Both the position numbers and the translations under genes were made by a program. The notes below the pieces were generated by a model. That model was not told the origin of the DNA, did not search any database, and saw nothing but the letters and a program-made list of their open reading frames with translations. Source: Tubulanus polymorphus (lineage: Eukaryota; Animalia; Nemertea). Taken from it: a stretch of 64,000 bases of DNA. The stretch is from contig NC_134033.1 in assembly GCF_964204645.1 (NCBI RefSeq), positions 6,224,231-6,288,230 on the forward strand, in the 5' to 3' direction. This document shows, one piece after another, positions 1 to 16,100 of the stretch (the first letter of the stretch is position 1; every line of letters begins with the position of its first letter).

Positions 1-1136
1 GCATATCTATACAATACGAAATACATATATGTACCAAAGTGTCGCCGTAGAGACGAATGGGGCCTTGAAATTTGGTGTGGTAGAGTCGATCATCGTATAA
101 ACTAATACAACGACTATTAAAATGGGTGCTTTCCTGAATTCTGCAGGAATATAGATACGAACGAACTAACCCATATAATTTCATGTACAACACTGAACTC
201 AACTTTATTAAACGACTCAACATACACAATATAATGCCTGGTCAGGCACGAAGGAGGCTTACAGAAATAAAGACCAAATCCCGAGTTAATACCACATACA
301 CAAACCAAACACAATTCAGGACAGTGTGTGAACATATCTCTAGGCGCGCCAAATGGAGGTTCAGCCAATCAGTGAGCAGGAATTCTAATCATAGATTCTT
401 ACAAAGCAATTTTACACGGGTGCAGCATTACTCTTGCGGTCACGATGGCCCAATCAGTAGCGCACAAGCACAGAAGTTCGAGTCCCGCTTTAGCTACATA
501 AATATCTTGTAATGTTCGCATCCGCGCGGTAGTTCCCGGTCTCCGCGGGTACAGGTTGTCAAAGATCATATGGTCTCCAATGGGCATGGACACATACATT
601 CTAAATGGTCCGACTAAATTCCATTGCCACCAATAAATCAAGCAGTTAAAAACCGTTTAGCCATGTAAAATCGTATTCGAATTGAGCATAGCTTACTGCA
701 TTGTGTACATGTATCGAAATTCTCAGAAGTTTGGATTTTAGGCGATAAGTGAGGCTATGATCCCACAAAACCCTTTCCCTTCTATAAGTTCGATTTCCAT
801 CGAGGAAAATATCATGACGTAGGCCTTAAATCCCATGAAAATACTGCTATTTATTTTTACTGACCTTTTTTTAATTTCGGGTGGTTTCGAACAAAAAGTC
901 CTGAACAGGTTGGTGTCTAGTTATGACCAGCCAATCCTCACTAACAAGGACCTCTCACTGAAAAGCTGGTTACACGAAAAATGAAACTGCCATTGAGTAG
1001 AAACATTCGCACGAAAGTTTCTTCCCTGGTTAAGTAAAATCACAAACTTTTTCGATTGCGAAAACTATTTATTCTACTGGAAATAATTTTTTCCGAATGA
1101 ACACGACGATATCTCGAATCAAAATGTTTATTTTTA

Positions 1137-4100
1137 TCATTTCTTTGCCACCGAATCGATGTCTCGTATCGCCTGACTAGTTTTTCGAAGCGCGTCCATT
1201 ACCGTAGCGGCGTTGAACTTTTTATCGATTGGTCGCCACGATGGTGATGTCGTCTGCTTTGTTTCTGAGTCTGTCGTCGTCGCCGTTGACAGCGTGAGAT
1301 TATCCAGTAAATCTTGAAACACGGAAGCTAAGGGAAATATTTCCAATACGACTTCCAATACTATCTTGCGCTGGAACCGAGTTCCACTGTCGTGAGCGAG
1401 AGATCAATTTGGCTCAATGTTCTCCTGAGTTTTTATAATCAATTCAAATTTGCAGAAAAACCGTCAAAGTCGGTGAATCTATTACAATGATTTCCATCAA
1501 GTCCAAGCCAAGATATTTATACATTGTATCTACCCATATTTGGATAATACGTAACCGTTTAATACGACAATTTCGGTAATTTTACCCACAAGATTCGCGT
1601 TAACAAAGTTACACTCTAAAAAATCTGTAAACCCGATAGAAACGGCTGTTAAAAAATTTGTAATCCGGATTAGAATTGCTACTCTTAAACCAGATTACGA
1701 TCTAATCAAAACCTGACTTCACCCCATAACCTACAGAGTAAGGAATCTACTGCCACTCTCAGTTTTCTGGTAAGAGTTATAGCCGAATACAGTGTAAAGT
1801 ATTATTGAAAAGCCAGAAAATTTCAGTAACACCAAAGAAGTCTACTAACTTGATATTAGCACAGTGAAACCTGCTTATTTCAAGCAATTTCAAGCAGGCT
1901 CTATGGTATTTTCAAGAGGGATGCCGAACCTCCTTTGAGGGCAAAAGAAATATTGTACCTAAATAAATAGTATCATCATCATTTAAAGGATACAATTAAA
2001 ACACTTGATCTTTTGTAATTCACACTGAACCGACCTGAAAAAATGTTTCGAGATATGCTTTAAGATGTAGGCAGACATTTTAAAATACAGGCAAATATTT
2101 TTTGAGATGCAGGAAGTTTCAAGATGCGGGAGATGTTTTTAGATGTGAGGCGATATAAGAAGCAGTCTTACATGGCTTGTTGGTTGCCGTTGATCGTATC
2201 TTTGAAGAATTCAGTTCTGTTTTCAGACATCACCCATGTAATCCACGCTTTCGTGAAATCTATATACCTGAAATTGTTGATTACATATAGAAGACGACAA
2301 ATCGTCCATTTTCGCAAGAGGTGTGAACAAGGGAAATAATAAAGCACCAGTAGGATCAACGGAGTACAGTTGATCTTGGAGTACAAATATCGATTTGGGA
2401 TTCTGGGATTTGCAATAACGAATAAAGATAAAATATAGCGCACTGTGTAGTAAGCATGTTTAACTTTAATGATATACATCGTAATGGGTTTTTACAATGA
2501 CTCTCTAGACGGCCTACGTGGCAGAACGTTTTATACCATTTTCTATATCTAAGTTCTTGATAATGATGTCACTGGGAGAGTTCTTCAGCATCCAACATTG
2601 AACTTGGACGCTGAAGGACTTTCCCAGTGACGTCATTTTTTAGAAACATTCACCGACCTAGAGTGATTTATTGAGTTGACCAATTCCGAGTAAGGCAGGG
2701 ACTACAACATCACATTTTATTACAGTGTTGTATATTATGAAAGCAGCTTTTCCCACAAATTTGTTAAACACTAGCCGAATTCTGGTACAAGAAATACAAG
2801 AGAAATTTCATTAATGGGGGTTGATACGACAGTTTACTAACCTGCAGTATTGTTGAGGGTTTGATGTATTGACGTAGTAATACTGACCGGATCTCAGTAG
2901 CAGACGGATAGTTTTGGGCAAAAATGGTTCGACACTCCACGAATCGGGAATCTCCTTTGTCTAAGAGAAACAACAATAGATAAATCTACCATTTATTGGA
3001 GTAAATATAACTCGCGGAACCAACAACCGAGAGTGAATCCAGGAATATATTAAGGAGCAAAACCTCCTAGGTCAAGTTGTTCAAATATTATGGCTAAGTA
3101 ACTTTTTAGGGCAATTTGGAGGACCCACAATGAAAAATGATTATTTTCTGAGCATTAAGATTCCAAAACAATTATATTATTTTGGCAGAAAATAATGGAG
3201 GCTTGGACCCTTCAAAATCCACCCCTGCCAAGTTGGCAGTGCCAACCCCCCTTTGAATGATAATGGACAATGCCTCCTTCAGACCTGACTACTGGATCCG
3301 TCCTCTGCACTAACTCTAATGCCCTTCTGTGGGGAACATTTGTAACATTTAATTGCCATCATCAATTTAGTGGGGACCGTTTTTAATGTCACTTGTAAAA
3401 TATTCTAAATGTTTACTGCTAGTAGCAACATTTGATTCATGTAGTTTAGTTCATTTTGATGGTTAAAATGCATTACATGACATGGATACAGTCACAGTCC
3501 ATCGTTTTGCCATCCTTTTGAAATAGGAAAAATCTATAGAACTTAAATTCAATGAAGTACCTTTCTTAAGCAAGCTTTTTTGGTCTAAACAGTTGATTTT
3601 ATAACAGACTTTGACTGGGCATGTGTCAATAAAGCAATAAGCCTCATAGGTAAATTTTCAATTTTCCAATACCCTATGGAGACGTGTTACATATCTGAAT
3701 ACACACCTGTCTTTGAAGTCGTTCGATATCGAAGTTTAAATCTAGCGATATTCTATCGGTAAACAGAACTCTCACCCGCCCACTGGAATACGCACGGAAA
3801 TGACCGATTTCAGTTACACGTTCCTCCTCTAGTAATGATGGGAGCTCCATTCTCAAATCATCCGCATTAACCTGAAAAATAAACACCAATAGTTCCCATT
3901 CTGGATCCAGTTCCACAGTTGTGTAAGTTTAATGTGTCTGTGGATGAAGTTCAACAATCGTGTGGGTTCAATTTAGCTTTGGATTCAGTTCCACAGTTGT
4001 GTGGGTTTAATTTCACTCTGGATTCAGTTCAAGTTGTGAATCCAGTTTTACAGTTGCATGTTATTTGACTCTAGTCTATACACAGTTCCACAGTTGTGTG

Positions 4101-7100
4101 GATTTAATTCGGTTCTACGAAGAAGATTCCTCGTAAATGATTAAATAATTACCTGCCAGCAGATGGAGTCATGATTCGTAGATAAGTTAAGTTTAGCCTG
4201 CGTTGAACAGCATAATAAACGCTGTCCTCGACTGATCAGACGTTTTATAGAATATGGGTGTGAAGAGCCAGTGCCCTCTGGTGGCAGAGCCGCAACACAA
4301 TATGTCCGTTCTTCAACCTAAAACAATAGTCAGACCCAATTTCAAGTTTTTGCTATAATAATGATAACAATAATAATGAACACTTGTAAAGGTACATAAT
4401 GTCTAAAATGATCGGATTTAAAGATATTATGAAAATGACTTCACTACTTTCACAAGCTGGGTTACAAGGATGGGATAGATCCTACCCAGTAAGCTAGTGC
4501 ACATGATATCAGCACTTTATTGGTTCCGGACAGTTTAATCCAGATTTTCATCCAATCTGGAATAGTTTCACTCATGAATATCCAGGATATAAATGCGTTG
4601 GTAGATTGAATGGGGGTCTAGACATTCCCACTGGAGAACAATGAAAACACAAGTGGCCTGGAAGACGTCTTTTCAAAATCTCTGGAGGAAAATTCCAAAA
4701 ACCCTCTGGGCTTTGTACCTTCATTAAACGCAAATTTTGTTGGCACATTGGCCCTTCCTAAAGACACTGGACCGTTGCCTCACACTGAGATTTCTCTATT
4801 CGTTAAGACAGAGATAGATTAAACTCGCACATTTTACCCTCATCAAAGAATATGTATCTTTTCAGATGTATTTCTATAAAAATATCTTAACACCAAAGGT
4901 CAGACCCCACTATTGGAGGAATGCCTTTTATTTTCTTCTGGACTCGGGCCTTCTAATATTCCTAGATCTGCCGCTATAAGGTCTTCTTCACTAAAACCAC
5001 AATTATGAACACCTCTACACATTGAAAACCTCCGATAATGAATGGTATTTCGTTTGATCAATATTTTCCAGCTCATTTTCAAGTAAGAGCACGTCTCTAC
5101 ACAGCAGACACTTAAGCTACGTCTACACTAGCATTTTGTACCCGAGTTATGCGTCTCCACTATGCTCGAAACACGGGTTCAATGCAGAGTTTTCCCCAAG
5201 ATCCGGGTTTTAGAAACTCTTTTTGAAAAAGAAGGGTACACTCCGCATTGAACCCGCGTTCGCCTAAAACTCTGCATTTTTTGCCATTGTAGACAATGAA
5301 CCCGTGCTCAATGCAGGGTTCGGGTCCCACAATTGACCTTGAGCTTGCACTACAGACGTTGCGTCTTCCTACCGAAACTGCATTAAGTGTAGACGCTACT
5401 CACTGAGAAAGCGGGTTTTCGTTGGACCCGGGTACAACGTGCTAGTGTAGACGAGGTTTTTAACTAGCTGCAAATCAACATTTTACCCTCTACAGTGAAG
5501 AGTGGTGGTACATGTATGTCTGGACAGTCAAAGGCTGTTAATCCACATTTTTTTGCTGTGAAAGCGTTCATCATCAGGTAGTTTATCATCATTATAAACT
5601 ATTCGTGATTCATGGTCAATTACTAGGTAATTCTCAAAATGATTATGGGTTAAAGATCAATTGTAGCCTATTCATCAAAATTCTTATTATGATAGCATTC
5701 AATAGATAACTACAGCCCACATACCAGAACAAAAAAGTTACTTTTTCAATAAACACTGACCATGATTAAATATATGGGGTTGAAAAATGAATAACAGGTG
5801 AGTGAATTTTCTTAGATGTTGCAAAATATTTTCATTGGTAACATCATCATTTTCATCAAAAATGTAATCATCAAAATATATGGTAAAGAACTAGGGTTCC
5901 AGGGACACCATGCCCACTTGGGAAGTGGTTTTAAACGCTCAACAATCTAACAATTTCAATATTCAACGCCCCCTGGTGACCATGTACAAAAACCAATGAC
6001 CTTGAAACCCACCACAATCATAGAACATGTCAGCAGCTACGATTTTGATAACAAAATATGCCTCGTTACCAATCTAATATAAAAATACTAAGTTACTTTA
6101 CTATTCAACGCCCCCTGGCGACCATATGCAAAACCCAATGACCTTGAAACTCTCCACAATCATAGAACATGTCACGAACTACAACTTTGCAATTGATCAT
6201 GGTAAAAAAATATGCCTAGGTACCAATCTAATAAGGTAAGGAAATACTAAGTTATTCTACTATTCAACGCCCCCTGGTGACCATATAGAATAACTGATGT
6301 CCTTGAACCTCACAAAACTCATAGAACACGTTATGGGCTACAACTTTCCAATTGATTGTAGTAACACAATATGCTAAGGTATCAATATAATGTGGGAAAA
6401 CTTTATTCCACCAACAAATGAGTACTGATGACACCAAGATGGCCACCAATTGCATCATAATTAACTGATCAAAAATACCAGTCTCAGGTATAAAACATCC
6501 CTTTCCAAAGAATACCCAGCACAAATCACAATGAGAAATGGCAAACCAGTAGGAAGCTACAGGACCCAGATGTCCGGCCAAAATTGACATTTTTGGGCAC
6601 TAAAAAGGTCATAGGACAGCCACCCGGAGTCAGATGGACCCAATTTTTCTTATGCTGATGGGCCCTTGGTAGATTCAAATATATCCGAAAGATCAAGGTA
6701 ATTGATCATATCGTCTTCAAAATTTTCCTCGTAAACTTCGAAAATGTGTAAAAAGTGCTGATTTTGGCGAACAACAATGGCTGCCAGTCGGCCATCTTGA
6801 TTCTGATAGGGCCAGTTTTTGGGCTGAAGATGTGTCTAGGGTAGATACATGTATAAACCAAATATCAAGACATTACCTTGAAGCGTCTTCAAAACTTCCC
6901 AAAATAACTGGATTCCGTCTACGGACGGACGGACGCTACGACAAACGGACGGATGAAAAGTGAATGCAATAGCCCGCTGCGACTGAAGTCCCAAGTGGGC
7001 TAAAAATGATACCTTGTTTCTCCGCTCTGCTGAGCTTAAAAGATGACCCAGCCGGCCGCCTATCTACCCTATACATTACTTTTAAAAATTGTGATCAATT

Positions 7101-10100
7101 TTACCAAAACAGACCCGGCCGCTATTGGAATAAACTGTTTACAAATTTTATCATATTTTACAAAAATGACCGGGCCGCTGCGGAGAAACAAGGTATCATT
7201 TTTGTTTAGCCTAAAAGCCGAGATTTCAATATCATCAGTAGAGATTCCCACGCCCCGTAAGAGAGATTTACCGCATACTGATGTGCATATTATGCATAAA
7301 AAGCAGGTCATATAAACAGGGATAACTAAAACTTGGAATACCATGAATATCAACATGAAGCTAGAAGCTCACGCTGGCTTGAATTCAGCGTATAGCTCCT
7401 ATTATGTCATCATCAGCGTCATCTACATGGGTGTCAGATGAACTACACGATGCGAAAACATAGGTATCTGCAGGGGCAGATCTAGGAAAATTGTAAGGGT
7501 CCAGAAAGAGGATTTCTCGGGATACAGCCATGCCACTGGTAACTAGTGGGTTACCACCCTTGGCATTAACCCATTAGCACTCAGGAATTTCACCATGTAG
7601 TGTCAACTACCCCTCAAATTCAAGGGAAAATCCAAGTCTATCACGATACCGAATAGCTCATTTGCTGTTCATTTTCATGCACTACAAGTTCATTATTTGT
7701 TGTAAATAGTCAAGGCTTAGATATGATTTGATGAGGTGGTCCACCAAAATAGTATCTTTTTGGCCCCCTGATATTCATCCAAATATACATGGATTTGAAG
7801 TGAGCGCTCAGATCTGCCATGTTCAAACTCCAAATACTTGAGATTTTCAAATAGGAAGATGTTTACTTTGGTAAGTTATTTCCAGCACTTGGGTGTCTAG
7901 TTTATCATAAGCTATTGGGTTTGAATCCCACCATAAACGTTTTTGTGCAGAATACGAAAAAAGTGTCAGGGCGGGTTTGGGCGGCTTGAGGAGTAATAAG
8001 CAGGGCGGATAGAGCGGCTTGAGTGCTAATGGGTTAATATTTTTGAAGAAATACAAACCATACAATTTAATAAATTGGATGAGTGTCAAATTTTCAGGTT
8101 TTGATGATCTCTGCCTTGATGAATAAGGCAACCTCAGTGGGAGGGGCAGGGCTCACCCATCACCATCCCCAAAATCTGCTCCCGATCTTGGGTATAAAGT
8201 GTACCCGGTATGCGTACCTGGCCGTCTTTAACATTCAAGTGTGTGAAGTAATCAGCGTTGCAGCCTTTAGAAATCATGACGCTGCCATCACCCGGGTAAA
8301 TCTCCATACTCAGTTTATGTTCACCGCTAAACCTGTTGATTGAACGATCAAGAATTATCATCATCTCATTTTCAATCCCGTCAATCTTTCACAGTGTACA
8401 CAATTCTAAAGCCCTTTTATAAATCATTCAGAGTAAAGATCTGGCTCCCGATATTCCACAAACTAGACATACATAATGAATAACCCTTGGCCAGTGACTG
8501 AGAGTCATGTAGAGAATGCAAAGTTTAAAATGGGCCCATTTATTCCTGACACCAAGTTTCACCTCACAATATAGGTTTCATTATGACTGTGGCAGCCCTT
8601 TTGGATAACATTTATGCATCAAAAACACTTTAACCTGCTCTTGCCTTAATGCATATACCAAGTCCTACAAAAATCAATGAAAAACTTATGTCCTATGTAT
8701 GTTAAAAACAAAAGAACTCATCCTCCCTCCATCATAATAGCGTATAATATCAGGTATTAACAAAATTGGTCTAAAACTGTAGAGTGGAAACAAACTCCAA
8801 AATATCTATTTAACATACCAAAATGACTGTGGCAGCCATCTTGGACAACCGATGTAAGCTAAAACAGTAGGGTTCATCATCCACCCACGTAAACAAACAT
8901 GCCAAGTCTAAAAAAATCAATCAAATACGGATGACTGTAGAGTGGGAACAATATCTGCATGTGCGACCAGCATCACGCATTATCCCCTGTACTACCAAGA
9001 CCCTTTACAGGTGCTGCTATGACAGAGATTTACTGAGAAAGAGTTCTCCCAGAGATGAGAACGGCGACCTTTGAAATCCACGGTTTGTTCTTGGACTTGG
9101 GTGACACAGGCAAACCAGCTGAGGGCACAGCCATCAGCACTCGTGAACTCCGAAGGCGCAAAGCAATTTGGGGAAGTTTGGGGGCCTCCCCCAAGAAAAT
9201 TTTAGAAATGAAAAGCGTTTTCCGAGCAGATAGAGCGATCTTGAACCCATGAACGACTATTATATTTTGGAAGGTGATGGCTATTTCCATCCTCATTCGA
9301 TGACATTCAGCATCTCATGCATAACGAGTCAAAGCCTTGAATTATTGCAGTTAAAATGCGTCGATGAATGCTCACTAAAATAATCACACAGTGTATAATA
9401 TCTGAAGGCGTTTGCCCTGTACGCACGCGGCGATAATAAAAGGCCTATATACATTACTACTATTGCCGCGCACGCGTGTCCGCAACCAACCGTAGTAGAT
9501 ACAAAATCAGTGTTGCAATACAATATGGAATGCTTTTACAGTTCACCCCATTACCAATCGCGCGGGACCAGCCGAGTGAGACCATCATAACCCCCCCTAT
9601 ACTTTTACATCATTTTTGGACTATTTGGAAAAATGATATTTCTTGATACCGAAATATGCGGGAAACCGCGGATCTGCGGAGAATTGTCATCCCCGTCAAC
9701 AAACCCTGGTGAAGTTTGAAACTTTTTTTCTCAAAATGATGAACCCATTACTCCCGATTACCTGTAAATAATGCCTTCCGAACAGATGACCTTGACCCCA
9801 CCGTTGAAGCAGCAAGCCTCTGCATCCATTTCATCGTTCGCAGCACCACCTACAGGCCGCCATTTGTGAGGATGCGGCGATTGCCATCGAAGTGGTAACG
9901 ACACGGGTAGCTTCGTAGCAACGTGCATGTGGTCATCATGGCGACAGTCGATTTTGTAGTCATCGTCAATGTTGACAATGGAATTCTGAGAACTTATATC
10001 CTTAATCGTTCGGTTGATGTATGAAATATCTTGGGTGCTATCAAAAAACAAGAGCGATGACCACTTGAGGAGAAAATTCTTAACAGGCTCACCGCCACCG

Positions 10101-13100
10101 TTAGAATATTGTACCTCCCCTGTTGCTACTACGAGTATTTTAGGTGATACAGCCTTCAGGCTTTGGGTCAGTCCTTAAAATATCAATCAAAATATACTCG
10201 TAGTTTGGCACTCGAGCTATCATATTGTCAGCCTTTGCTAGAATTCACCAATGAGCATCGAGAATAAAGCAGGGTTTGTTCACATTGCCACTAATCAGAA
10301 ACTGTGTTATTTCCATATGTGCCAAAGTGCAATTATCTTACAGTGGCTATGAAGGATCATGAGTATACTCGTAGTGGGACTGGAGATAGAACCAGAAGTA
10401 AACTGGCACTGGAGATTCCCAGCCGGCAGCGAACGAGTTAATTTAAAATCTAATTTATTACAAGACATTAGGCCTACGTATTGTACTGTTCCTAACCTAA
10501 TGGATGGTCTTCGTAGAAAAGTTTAAAGGGGAACTGCAATCAAAAAACTTTAATTGGCCATTCATTTTTACTCTTGTTGTTGAGCGTAATGCTAGTGGAA
10601 ATTTCCAATTCTTCCTACTTATGTAACTCATATACAACGATTTTAATGCTGTTACAAGGAGAATGTAAGGCAGATGAGAACCACCATATATAAATTCCAA
10701 AGCGAGGCTTGTAAACATTGATGACGTATCCTGGCCCACCACACACGAGTGTGTACACAAATAGATACACTCATCCAAGATCTCAGTTGAAAATTGTGAT
10801 TAAAATACTCCTGCTGGGCTGCCAGTGGGGTCTCTACTTATATCTATCCACCCACTGTGTGAAACATATCCAAATAATTGCTGATGTGGCATTATGCTGC
10901 AATTTAGGAGAAAAGCGACTGCTATGTGTGGAAAATGGCGGACGCCAGGCTCTCTACAAAACCCTCTTTTTGGATAAAGTATAAGTGAAATGTTTTCTGC
11001 TGTTGTGAAAATGTATTAATAAAGGTTTCTAAGGCATATAGATACAAGAATTTTAGACTGCAGTTCCCCTTAAACACTTGACAAAACTGAATAATTTGAT
11101 GCTTTGAAAAACGTTCTTCAGAAATCCTTCACGCCTTTTGATTAGACTTGTGGCAAACGAGGATCCATCAGAGGTTGCTAGTGTGCTCATGCACTGAACC
11201 AGCTTTTTGTCCGGGTGATGCAAATTTAGACACATATAAGCGTTTGAAAAATATTGAAAATGAAAATTGAGGCTAACAGTTTTTCTAGTGCTACCAGTTT
11301 ACTGATTTAACTGGTGCCGCTAATTCTTACCTGTTACTGGAATATTCAGCGTATTTCGTCAACAGCTGCAGTGGATGTTTCCAAATTGGTGGACAATTCA
11401 CCACCAGGTGGTGCTGCACTACCCATGTGTAACGCCAGTACGTTGAAGTGTTTTCATCGCAACTGGAATTCTTTTCTTTGTAATGAGGTTTGGCATCTGT
11501 CTTAGGCATATCCTGCTGTTCTTGCGTATTTGAATCTATTTCAGTTAAAACTTTTCCTTCTGAACATCTGAAAATTCAACACACACAACATTATCCCTAA
11601 TTTCTCTATTTGTCACTGAAGTTTACGGGCGAATCAGTGGGTGTGAATTCGGTACACCTCCCAAGTCGAGAAGTCATAGTAAAAATGATTTTGAAAATCT
11701 TCTATTTTCCTGATAACGGGTTCTCTGATTCTCGACTGGATGAAATATCATCAGTACCAACACTACCGAGTTTTCAGTGCAATATTTACTGCTAGTCTTG
11801 GCACTTCCCTGACAGGTGCAGTTTACCTAACCGCGTTAATCATCTATGACTGACCATCAGAAAAAAATCATATATTTTTAATTTTCAATCCTTCTAAACA
11901 GTTCCTAAGGATCTAGGCAAATTTGGATGTGGGTTCCATAAAAGGAAGAGCAGCATATGCCCTTGTCGTAACAAATTTACAAAGGAGCAAATCCGAAAAG
12001 ATGCAATTTCTGAGAAGATGAGAGTCAAATTTACAGGATTTTTTATCTCTTTCTTGACAAAAAAGGTGAGCCGGGTCTCGGACCATCAAAAACACTGCCT
12101 AGAACAGCCCTTGTATGTAAAATGTACCGTTTTTTTGCCGGTTGACTCATCTTCGCGAGGAAACTGACGCTGAAGTCTCGACCGTGCGCAGATAGCGTCA
12201 TCGCGGCGTGATCGTCGATTGAAACAATTCGCAATGATCCGTCCTCCATCTCGATCACATCGGCAGACGTACGATCATCATCATCATCCGACTCCAGACT
12301 GACAGGCCAACAGACATGAGTCACATCTTCATAGAGAGTCTTAAAGACAATCAATCATAAAGAAAAAGTGGACTTCAAACCGACTGTCCGTATTTTACAT
12401 GTGTTCAGAACTTCACCAGAGACATTATTAATTGAAAATGAACTACAACAACCACCAGACATTAGACAGTTTATCAGCACACTTTCAAAAACTGATCGTC
12501 CGCATGTGCACCGTGTTCCGAATTTCTTGACCTTAGGCGTGCCACTTCTGGAGCTAAGCAATGGAACTTTGTTCACAAACATTTTGACTCTTGCTGGATA
12601 GTTTCCATCATGCAAAATTGAAAACAGACAAATTACGGTATTGCTTTTCATCACTGAACACTATTGAAATCTATTATTTTAATACATTTATAAACTAGGG
12701 GTCCAGGGACACCATGCCCACTTGGGAAGTGGTTGGATATGCTCAACAATCTAACAATTTCAATATTCAATGCCCCATCCAATGACCTTGAAAAAATCCA
12801 ATGACCTTGAGACTCACCACAATCATAGCACATGTCAGCAGCTACAATCTTGAGTCCGATCGACCCAGTTTTTCTTATGGTGATGGGCCCTTTAGGGATT
12901 CAAATATGTACGAAAGATTAAGGTAATTGATTTAAAAGTCTTCAAAATTTCCTTCCAAACGTTCAAAAATGTGTAAAAAGTTCTGATTTTGGCCAACAAC
13001 AATGGCTGCAAGTCGGCCATCTTGAATCTGACAGGGCCAGTTTTTGGGCTGAAGATGTGTCTAGGGTAGATACATGTATGAACCAAATAACAAGACATTA

Positions 13101-16100
13101 CCTTGAAGCATCTTCAAAACTTCCAAAAATAACTGTTCGGTCTACGAATGGACGGACGACGGACGAAAAGTGAACGCAATTGCCCGCTGGGACTAAAGTC
13201 CCAAGTGGGCTAAAAATTTTGAAATTTCAAGTCCTGTTTATGATATTTTGACGTTTCCTGCTCTTTTAACTAAAAGATCCCTGTGTTTTGACAGCTCGTT
13301 TTTTGATTTGCCGCCAAGAGACGATTACTACGATGAATTAGTTTTCAGATTGTTGACCATACCTGCCACAGCTAGTGGAAAAGATTGTTTTTTGCCTTTC
13401 TTACGATACCAATCGGAATCCAATATTAGTCTGACAATGTCAGCAGAGCCGTGGCTTCGTCCCTGCTGAGACATTTTCAATTGAAAGTTAAACTCAACTG
13501 CGTTCGACTCTAGAAACATCAGACGATCTCATCCCTGAGCTGTGAAATGTAAATCATCAGGCTTGCACGCTTCCTTAACACGTTCGCTGCCACCTAGCGG
13601 TTTAAGGTCCGGTCACCATTGCCAACGCTAATTTTTGACATTATACAATTTATATGCTGCCAGCACTATTTGTACATTGATAAATCAATACACTGATCTA
13701 TTTTAGTGTAAAAAACCAATGACGAGATAACTCGTCACTGGCTCTGGTGAAGAGATTCTCATTTTTTTCTTGTCCCCTTAGTCTCTCCATACTGCTTGAC
13801 AATTGTTAGCTGGTTTCTCGCCTCTGCCAGGTCATTCATAATGCTATGAAATGACATTGAATCGATGACAATATAACACGTCACGGTAAACTGATTTATC
13901 TCGTCAGCGGCATCGAACGTGTTAAAAGCCATGAAAAAATGAGATACTTACGATTTGTTCGTCTTGAGGAATGATGTTTGGACACAAATATGGTCGTTCC
14001 GCGAAACGATTACGAAATTCGAGAATATTCGCCATTTTCATTTTGTATCGACTTGTTACATATTCCGTTCTTTCAGCGACTCGAGACATCTCTAAAAAAT
14101 CAATATTTCATTAATGAGTAATTTTAATAAATACCAACGAAATAATGACTATTTGATGAGTATTTCTTTAAAGTACCAATTATTCCTAACAAGTGCTCCA
14201 CAGGGCACGTCATTTTCACTTGCCAGGGTTTGATTGCCTCCCGCCGAAGCTCACTTCGATACAAACCCTGGTTGCAGACCCTTCATTGGACCATAATGCC
14301 GCCATAGAAAATTCCTTGGGTCGGGTGGACAGGTTGCCTCTGAGAGACACTAGTCTATATACCTAGCTAAACAGATGTGCGGCATTGATAGAGCAAACCT
14401 ACCAACAAGAAACAACACATCCGATTAGCTTAACACATAAGAATGATAGCTACCGAGCGACAACCTGCCCGCCCAAGAAATCTTGGGTGGTGAAATAGAC
14501 CCATGAAATGTCTGCGAGCAGGGTAGTGATAGCATGAGCTTCGGCAGTAGGCAATCAAAGCGCGGATGGGACCATGACGTCCAGCTTAGGGGAATTCCCT
14601 ACACTTACTTGATGCAATTTGTGGGTTATTGCCGCATTTCAGCTTAAATTTACACAGTAATAATAGTAACTAAAATTACAAGACAGGCAAATGCTTCAAA
14701 TAGATTATTTTTCCTCTTTAAACTTAAATTGATGTTTTTGTCTTTTTGAGGTTTTTACCTGAATAAAATTGAATTGACTGGATTCAATGTTTTTGCTAAA
14801 TAAAATAAATTGAATTTGCCTATCGCAGCGTTTTGAGGAAACGCTATTTTACCAGCCCTTATACAATCTTCAAAGATAGTGTTTTTATCGTGCATTCAAA
14901 AAAGGTCTCCCTTAAACTCATTCAACTCAAGATTACATGTAAATCAAACGTGAAATGCTTCTCTGAGTCGTTAAATAGTGTAGACCATGATGCCACGGGT
15001 TTTACCAATACCTGCAGCAGATATCTGTCCAATTGGAGAGGAGACTTCACTCTGATTGGCTTCTAGAAACGTATTCTATTGCCTTGCAAATTGGCCTCGT
15101 AATTATGCAACTATTAGAAGGCTAATGGTTCAACAAAACTGGAGCTAGAATTTAGTAACAACCAGTTATGAGTTAGATTTGACTCATAGTTAACTAATTG
15201 AAAATGAACTAACATTAAATCCGGTTAACTTCAACTCACGACTGTGAATCTGGGCCGAGTTGTAGGCCTATCAGTATTTGGACTCAATCTAATAATGTAT
15301 TGACTGATTTTATCATGAGCTATTATTTACAGGGATATGTAGATGTGCTGCTGCAGATTAGCAATGCCTGGTGGATCCTCACCACCACTAGGCAAATCCT
15401 CTATTAGGCCTACTAGAGTAGCTGATGTCCTACTCAGGGTTTCCAGCCGTAAGGCCAATGTAAAAAGAAGTACTAAGAGGGACTTTCTGGGCAATTTTAG
15501 ACCCAAAAGGAGGGACTTTTGGACTCAGAAAGAAGTACTTTCCAGTAATATGAGGGCTCATGACCATTTTCGCAATGCCTACACTGGGACACTAGTCATG
15601 TAGACCAGTCATGCATTTCAGGGACAGGGTAATTCCATAACGCTTTCCGGTAGATTCAATTTTACTGACAATTGAATTACCAGGCCTAAGTAATAAATAC
15701 TTCAACAGCTGAATCCGGGCCAAAATTGCATGCGAAAAATACAATTCGGAAGGACTTTTTCATCAAAAAGAAGGACAAAGATTATGTTTGTCCAAACTTT
15801 TTCCAAAAGAAGGACTTGGAAGGGCTACTGGAAACCCTGCTAGCGCACACTAGTGACACCTGATGGTTTTTCACCTGCAACAAGTGGAAACCTCTTTTAC
15901 TAGATGATATCCAACTGCACACTAGTGACACCTGATCGATCTTCACTTGCCACAAGCACAATTACCAGTTGTGTCGATGGTTCCCCATTAGCAAAATAGT
16001 CCAGTAACATAGCCTAACGTTTCGTAAATTACTGAAGTATATTCTATTTACCTTGTAAAGGATGGGCGTATTTTCCGATCGGTTGATCGTGAACGAAACA

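Noticed and set aside
117-641. Overlapping short ORFs at the window start
   Set aside because: No recognisable motifs; they cannot be supported.
2764-2976. ORF-track frame for the exon at 2842-2960
   Set aside because: Splice phase and similarity support a different frame (TKEIPDSW..LLLRSGQYYYVNTSNPQQYC).
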